The notes below the pieces were generated by a model. It was not told where the DNA came from and did not search any database. It saw only the letters and a program-made list of their open reading frames with translations. Positions 59,363 to 64,000 of a stretch of DNA of 64,000 nt are shown here, in pieces; position 1 is the first letter of the stretch, and each line of letters starts with the position of its first letter. The position numbers were made by a program, and so were the translations under genes. Where the stretch lies: contig JASGJN010000022.1 of NCBI GenBank assembly GCA_049840735.1, forward strand, positions 128,001-192,000, given 5' to 3'. The stretch comes from Anaeromyxobacter sp. (GTDB lineage Bacteria; Myxococcota; Myxococcia; Myxococcales; Anaeromyxobacteraceae).

Positions 59363-59497
59363 CCATTCACCCCTCGTCAACACAGCCCCGCCCACGGCGC
59401 CGGGGCAGGGGTTCCCCGGCGCCCTGTTCCGGCGGCAGGGTCACAGGCTAGACCCCGATGCCCGACACCCTCGCCCGTCACCGATTAGAACCCCCCC

Positions 59498-60058
59498 ATG
59501 CTCCGCGCCCCCACCTCTCCGCTCTGGCTCCCCATCGCCCTCGCCGACCTCCCCGCCACGCTGCAGGACCACGCGCACTGCGAGAAGAAGGCCGCCGCCA
59601 GCGCGCTCAAGCTGGTCGCCGACCACCCCGAGCGCGCAGCCCTGGTCCGCTCGCTGGCCCGCCTCGCGCAGGAGGAGCTGAACCACTTCCTGCAGGTCCT
59701 GGCCGAGCTCTCCGCCCGCGGCCTGACGCTGCCGCCCGACGGCGGCGATCCCGACGCGCAGGCGCTCCTCAAGCACGTCCGCAGCGGCGCGCCGGGCCGC
59801 CTCGTCGATCGCCTCCTGGTGGGCGCGCTGATCGAGGCGCGCAGCTGCGAGCGGCTCGAGCTCCTCGCCGGCGCGCTCCCCGAGCCGCGCCTGCGCGAGG
59901 TCTACGCGCGGCTCGCGCAGTCCGAGGCCGGGCACGAGCGGCTCTTCGTGGAGCTGGCGCGCGAGGCCGGGCCGGACGCGGACGCGCGCCTGGCCGAGCT
60001 GGCCGAGGCGGAGGCGGTGATCGTGGCGGGGTTGCCGCTCCTGCCGAGGATCCACTGA
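59498..60058 (+). CDS. miaE: tRNA-(ms2io6A) hydroxylase MiaE
   Basis: DHAHCEKKAA, LAQEELNHF, LIEARSCERL and SEAGH di-iron motifs. Confidence 0.92.
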   Translation: MLRAPTSPLWLPIALADLPATLQDHAHCEKKAAASALKLVADHPERAALVRSLARLAQEELNHFLQVLAELSARGLTLPPDGGDPDAQALLKHVRSGAPGRLVDRLLVGALIEARSCERLELLAGALPEPRLREVYARLAQSEAGHERLFVELAREAGPDADARLAELAEAEAVIVAGLPLLPRIH

Positions 60059-60130
60059 GCGGCGAAGCGTCCTGCACCGCTCGCCGGGAGACACCGGGCG
60101 AGCGGCCCGTGCTGCGTGAACGCGGCCGCG

Positions 60131-60361
60131 CTAGGCGGCGCGGAGGCCGAGCGGCTTGAGCGCGCCGGCGCCCTGGGCCAGGCAGGCCTCGAAGGCGTCG
60201 CGGGTGCGGGGCGCGATGCCGTTCTGCGCGTCGAAGGCGGCGAACTCGGCCACGGCGCGCGCCAGCGCGGACAGGCCGGAGCTGGCCTGCGCAGGGCCGG
60301 TGAGCGGGTCGTACTCGTCGTAGGCCCGGAGGTACAGGAGGTGGAGCTGGGCGCTCGTCAC
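60131..60361 (-). CDS. Small hypothetical protein
   Basis: GAGG then GTG; 76 aa with strong GC3 bias. Confidence 0.5.
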   Translation of the reverse strand: MTSAQLHLLYLRAYDEYDPLTGPAQASSGLSALARAVAEFAAFDAQNGIAPRTRDAFEACLAQGAGALKPLGLRAA

Positions 60362-60548
60362 GGTGGTCCTCTCTCCGGCCACCCACCCGCCCACGCCCGC
60401 CCTCGCACTGCAGCCGGACACCCATATCGTGACCATCCTGGCGGGCGAGCGCAAGCCCACCTGGTGTCTGGCAGCCAGGTCTTCCAGGACCGTCACCGCG
60501 GTGAGGCGCGGGCGTCGCAGGGGGTGGAAGACCACCCCTGCGCACCTC

Positions 60549-62933
60549 TCACGGTCCCCCCGACCGCACGACGAAGTCGTCGAAGTGCACCCCAGCCGTG
60601 TAGGTCCAGAGGCCGGCCTGGCCCGGGCCGCCGATGGCGCTGGGGCTCGCGTCGGTGGCGCTGAGCCGCGCCACCCCATCCACCGTCACGGTCAGCGTCA
60701 CCGGCCCCGCCCCGATCGCGCTGAGCCCCAGCCGCAGGAAGGCGGAGCGGTCGGTCACCACGCCCGGCAGCTCGCCCAGCACGGTGGGCCTGCCGGCCAG
60801 CAGCCGGCGGATCTGGAGCCGGCCGCTGGCCAGCAGGATGGCGTCGTACCGGTCGCTGGTGGAGGCGGCGCCGCGCACGAAGACGCCCGCCTCCTGCGAG
60901 GCTCCCGGCTGCACCCGCGCCTCGGCGGTGCAGTCGAGGCAGGCGGGCGCGCCGGTGGCCGTGGCGCGGTCGGGGGTGTCCGCGGCCACCGAGACCGCTG
61001 TCGTCCCGTCCGCGCGGTACGCGCCGCGCAGCGTCCAGGCCGAGCCCAGCCCGTCCTGCACCCGGTCGAAGGCGTCGGTGAAGATCGTGTCGCCGCTGGG
61101 CGGCGGCGGCGGCGGGGGAGGAGGGGGCGGAGGGGGAGGCGGCGGCGGCGGCGTGACGCCGCCGGCGGCGCTCAGCGCGAAGTCGTCGAAGCGGACGCCG
61201 GGCGAGTAGGTCCAGAGCCCGGCCCAGCCCGGCCCGCGCACCTGCGCCGCGCTGGCGTCGCTGACCTGCAGCCTCGCCACGCCGCCCAGGGTCCCCACCA
61301 GCACCACCGGGTCGGCGCCGGTGGCCGAGAGCCCCAGCCGCGTCCAGCCGCCCGGGTTGACGAGGCCGCTCGGCGCCTGCGCCAGCACCGTGGGGGCCCC
61401 GTTCACCAACCGTCTCAGCAGCAGCCGGCCGTCCGGGACGATCAGCAGGTCGTAGCGGCTGGAGCTGTCCGCCGCCCCGCGCACGAACACCCCCGCCTCC
61501 GGCGCCCCGCCGGACTGGACCGAGACCTCGGCCAGGCAGTCGGCGCAGGCCGCCGCGCCGGTGGCGGTGGCGCGGTCGGCGCCTCCGGCGGTGGAGACCG
61601 CGTTGCCGTCGGCCGCGTAGCCGCCGCGCACCGTCCAGCTCGAGCCCAGGCCCGGAGCGGTCCGGGCGAAGGCGTCGGTGAAGAGGACCGTGCCAGGGGG
61701 CGGCGGCGGCGGGGGAGGGGGAGGGGGTGGCGGCGCCGCGCCCGGCGGCCAGGGAAGGACCGACGCCACCTCGTTCCCGGCCACGCCGTCGGCCGGCTGC
61801 GAGGCGTAGAGCACCGGGACGCCGGTGGCGGCCGCGACGGTCGGGTCGAGCGCCTCGGCCGCGGCCGGGTAGCACTTGAAGGTGGCCGCCCCGTCCACCA
61901 CCACCTCGGCCCCGAACCCGCCCGCGCCCATCACCCGCGCCACCAGCGCCACGTTCGAGCCGGCCACCACCGGCTTGTTGTAGAAGACCACCAGCTGGTC
62001 GCCGAGCCGGGTGGTGGCGGGCTGGATGGCCCAGTCGGCGCTGCCGGCCAGCAGCGTGGCCGCCCCGAAGCCGCTCCCGTCGAAGCGGCGGTACCAGAGC
62101 CGCTCGTCCTCGCTCTTGTAGGCCAGGTCGATCCCGCCGGCGCCGTCCGGCGCGGCCGAGAGCGCGGCCCCGTGGTAGATGCCCTCCGGGAAGGCCACCT
62201 GCTCCGCCCCCCAGCTGCCCAGCGGATCGCCGTCGCTGCGCACGCGGTAGCGCGCCGGCGTGCCAGCGTCGTGGCCGTCGTAGACCGCCAGCACCCGCCC
62301 GCCGCTGGCCAGGATCCGGCCGCCGCCGCGGACCGGGAGCCGCGCCAGGTCTGGCTGGTCGGAGAAGGTGGCGCCGCCGTCGGCGCTGACCGAGACCACC
62401 GCGGTCGAGGCGCCGCCGCTCTCCAGCCGGAAGGCCATCACCCAGAGCCGCCCGGCGCCGTCTCGGGTCAGCTCGGCCCGGTAGTAGCCGGTGCCGTCCG
62501 AGGGCGAGTCGCGCACCCGCACCGGCGGCTGCGGCGAGAGCCGGCCGGTGGCCGGGTCGAGCCGCCACCACTGGAACCAGACGTCGTACCGGGCCGAGGC
62601 CAGGTTGGCCGACTCGACCGAGTAGACCATGGCCACGTCGCCGCCCACCTGGACCAGGTCGGCCTCGTCACGGATCGACCAGTCCGGCTGGATGTCGGCC
62701 TCGTAGCTCCAGCGGACGAGGTCCGCCGAGCGCATGAAGCAGAGCCCGCGCCCGTCGTTGCCGTCGCGCTGGATGGCCACCAGCCAGTACGGCGCCAGGC
62801 CCGGCGCCGCCACGCGCACCAGGTGGCGCTGGGCGGGGAGGGTGAGCTCGTTGCCCCACACCAGCGGGGCGACGGGCGAGGCAGCGAGCAGCGCCGGGAG
62901 GAGCAGGCCGGCGGCGAGCGAGGGGAAGGGCAT
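60549..62933 (-). CDS. Secreted protein: Asp-box/propeller-like N-domain plus two repeated beta-sandwich domains with poly-Pro linkers
   Basis: Signal peptide; SVSADGGATFS Asp-box; two ~175 aa repeats starting FTDAF, each preceded by a Pro run. Confidence 0.8.
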   Translation of the reverse strand: MPFPSLAAGLLLPALLAASPVAPLVWGNELTLPAQRHLVRVAAPGLAPYWLVAIQRDGNDGRGLCFMRSADLVRWSYEADIQPDWSIRDEADLVQVGGDVAMVYSVESANLASARYDVWFQWWRLDPATGRLSPQPPVRVRDSPSDGTGYYRAELTRDGAGRLWVMAFRLESGGASTAVVSVSADGGATFSDQPDLARLPVRGGGRILASGGRVLAVYDGHDAGTPARYRVRSDGDPLGSWGAEQVAFPEGIYHGAALSAAPDGAGGIDLAYKSEDERLWYRRFDGSGFGAATLLAGSADWAIQPATTRLGDQLVVFYNKPVVAGSNVALVARVMGAGGFGAEVVVDGAATFKCYPAAAEALDPTVAAATGVPVLYASQPADGVAGNEVASVLPWPPGAAPPPPPPPPPPPPPGTVLFTDAFARTAPGLGSSWTVRGGYAADGNAVSTAGGADRATATGAAACADCLAEVSVQSGGAPEAGVFVRGAADSSSRYDLLIVPDGRLLLRRLVNGAPTVLAQAPSGLVNPGGWTRLGLSATGADPVVLVGTLGGVARLQVSDASAAQVRGPGWAGLWTYSPGVRFDDFALSAAGGVTPPPPPPPPPPPPPPPPPPSGDTIFTDAFDRVQDGLGSAWTLRGAYRADGTTAVSVAADTPDRATATGAPACLDCTAEARVQPGASQEAGVFVRGAASTSDRYDAILLASGRLQIRRLLAGRPTVLGELPGVVTDRSAFLRLGLSAIGAGPVTLTVTVDGVARLSATDASPSAIGGPGQAGLWTYTAGVHFDDFVVRSGGP

Positions 62934-62981
62934 GGCCCTCCTCAAGCTCGCCGCCCCGGCGCCGGGCCGACAGGCCCCGGT

Positions 62982-64000
62982 TCAGCGCTGGCCGGTGGGC
63001 TCGCCCTTCAGCGCGCCGTCCACGCCCGCCTCCACCGGCGCCGGCAGCCCCGCCTGCTGCAGCTGCGGCAGCACCCTGGCCCGATCGCCCACCAGCACCA
63101 CCGTCAGCCCGCCAAAGCCGTAGGGACCGCTCCGCGCCTCGGCGACCGCCGCGGCGGCGTCCACGCGGGCGAGCGCCGCCGCGTCGGCCGCCAGCGCGCC
63201 CGCCGGCCTCCCCTCCCGCACCGCGCCGGCCATGAAGGCCGCCAGCGCGTGGCTGGTGCCCGCCGCCTCGACCAGATCGTGGCGGACCAGCTCGCGGGCC
63301 TTGGCCGTCTCCTCGCTGGTCGGGCCGCCGGCCGCCAGGCCGTCCAGCTCGCGCCGCAGCTCCACCAGCGCCGGGCCGGTCACCTCGGTCTGCACCGAGG
63401 TCAGGGTCGCGAAGGTGGCCTGGCCGCCCTCCACCTGGAAGCCGCTGCGGACGCCGTAGGTGTAGCCGTGCTGCTCGCGCAGGTTCTGGTTGAGGCGCGA
63501 GGTGAAGGAGCCGCCCAGCACGGTGTTGACCGCGCTGCGCACCGCCCGCGCCGGCTCGTCCAGCACCTCTGCCGGGCGGACCGCCACGATGAACGTCTGC
63601 GGCGCGCCGGGCCGGTCCACCAGCACCAGCCGCCCGCCCGGCGCGGGCCGGGCCGGCGGCAGCGCCAGCGCGGGCGGCGCGCCGGCGCCGCGCCAGTCGC
63701 CCAGCCGCGCCTCCAGCGCCTTGCGCAGCGCCGCCACCTCGAAGTCGCCCGCCACCACCAGCACCGCGCCGCGCGGGTCGAGCAGCCGCGGCGCCAGCGC
63801 CGCCAGGTCGGCGCGCGTGATCCCGCGGACCGTCTCCGCCCAGCCGTCCACCGGTCGCCCGCGGGGATCGTCCCGTCCCCACAGCGCCGCCGCGGCCACC
63901 ACCGGCCCCAGCAGATGTGGGTCATCCGGGCGCGCCTCCACCCGGGCCAGCGCCAGCGCCGCCTCGCGGGAGCAGTCGCTGGCGGTCAGGTTGGGCCGGC
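62982..64000 (-). CDS. M16 family (insulinase-like) zinc peptidase, C-terminal part
   Basis: LVLVDRPGAPQT and NTVLGGSFTSRLNQNLREQHGYTYG. Runs off the window end. Confidence 0.88.
   Translation of the reverse strand, partial: RPNLTASDCSREAALALARVEARPDDPHLLGPVVAAAALWGRDDPRGRPVDGWAETVRGITRADLAALAPRLLDPRGAVLVVAGDFEVAALRKALEARLGDWRGAGAPPALALPPARPAPGGRLVLVDRPGAPQTFIVAVRPAEVLDEPARAVRSAVNTVLGGSFTSRLNQNLREQHGYTYGVRSGFQVEGGQATFATLTSVQTEVTGPALVELRRELDGLAAGGPTSEETAKARELVRHDLVEAAGTSHALAAFMAGAVREGRPAGALAADAAALARVDAAAAVAEARSGPYGFGGLTVVLVGDRARVLPQLQQAGLPAPVEAGVDGALKGEPTGQR

Noticed and set aside
58516..59488. Five overlapping ORFs encoding poly-Pro, Gly-Arg or Gly-Ala repeats
   Set aside because: They are open only because the microsatellite lacks stop codons. 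No RBS or domain context supports translation.

Overview
Very GC-rich bacterial chromosomal segment. Gene content and protein style suggest an Anaeromyxobacter-like Myxococcota genome (inference). Core genes: ettA, rpsB-tsf with a t44-like leader, bcp, an RsmB-family methyltransferase, mutM, rnhB, pcnB, pyrH-frr, ppk2, nadE, tkt, sixA, tldD/tldE, a sugar ABC transporter, treY-malQ, gluQ and miaE. Many conserved genes carry single-base frameshifts, which points to uncorrected long-read assembly errors, so pseudogene calls are provisional. Accessory material: (i) a 2.9-9.8 kb zone of gene fragments that includes an orphan Rhs module with a lysozyme-like C-terminal toxin and a signal-peptide immunity candidate; (ii) a Ser/Thr kinase and ECF sigma pair beside a tandem duplication of a secreted GH13 amylase unit, each copy with the same ECF-like promoter motif; (iii) a RAYT/Y1 HUH transposase; (iv) a 2.7 kb block between gluQ and miaE holding an HNH nuclease bracketed by direct and inverted repeats, a structured leader and a 0.7 kb hexamer microsatellite; (v) a dispersed hairpin repeat family (TGAGC..GTCGAA core, 4 copies) showing compensatory base changes. 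I saw no tRNA, rRNA or CRISPR array.
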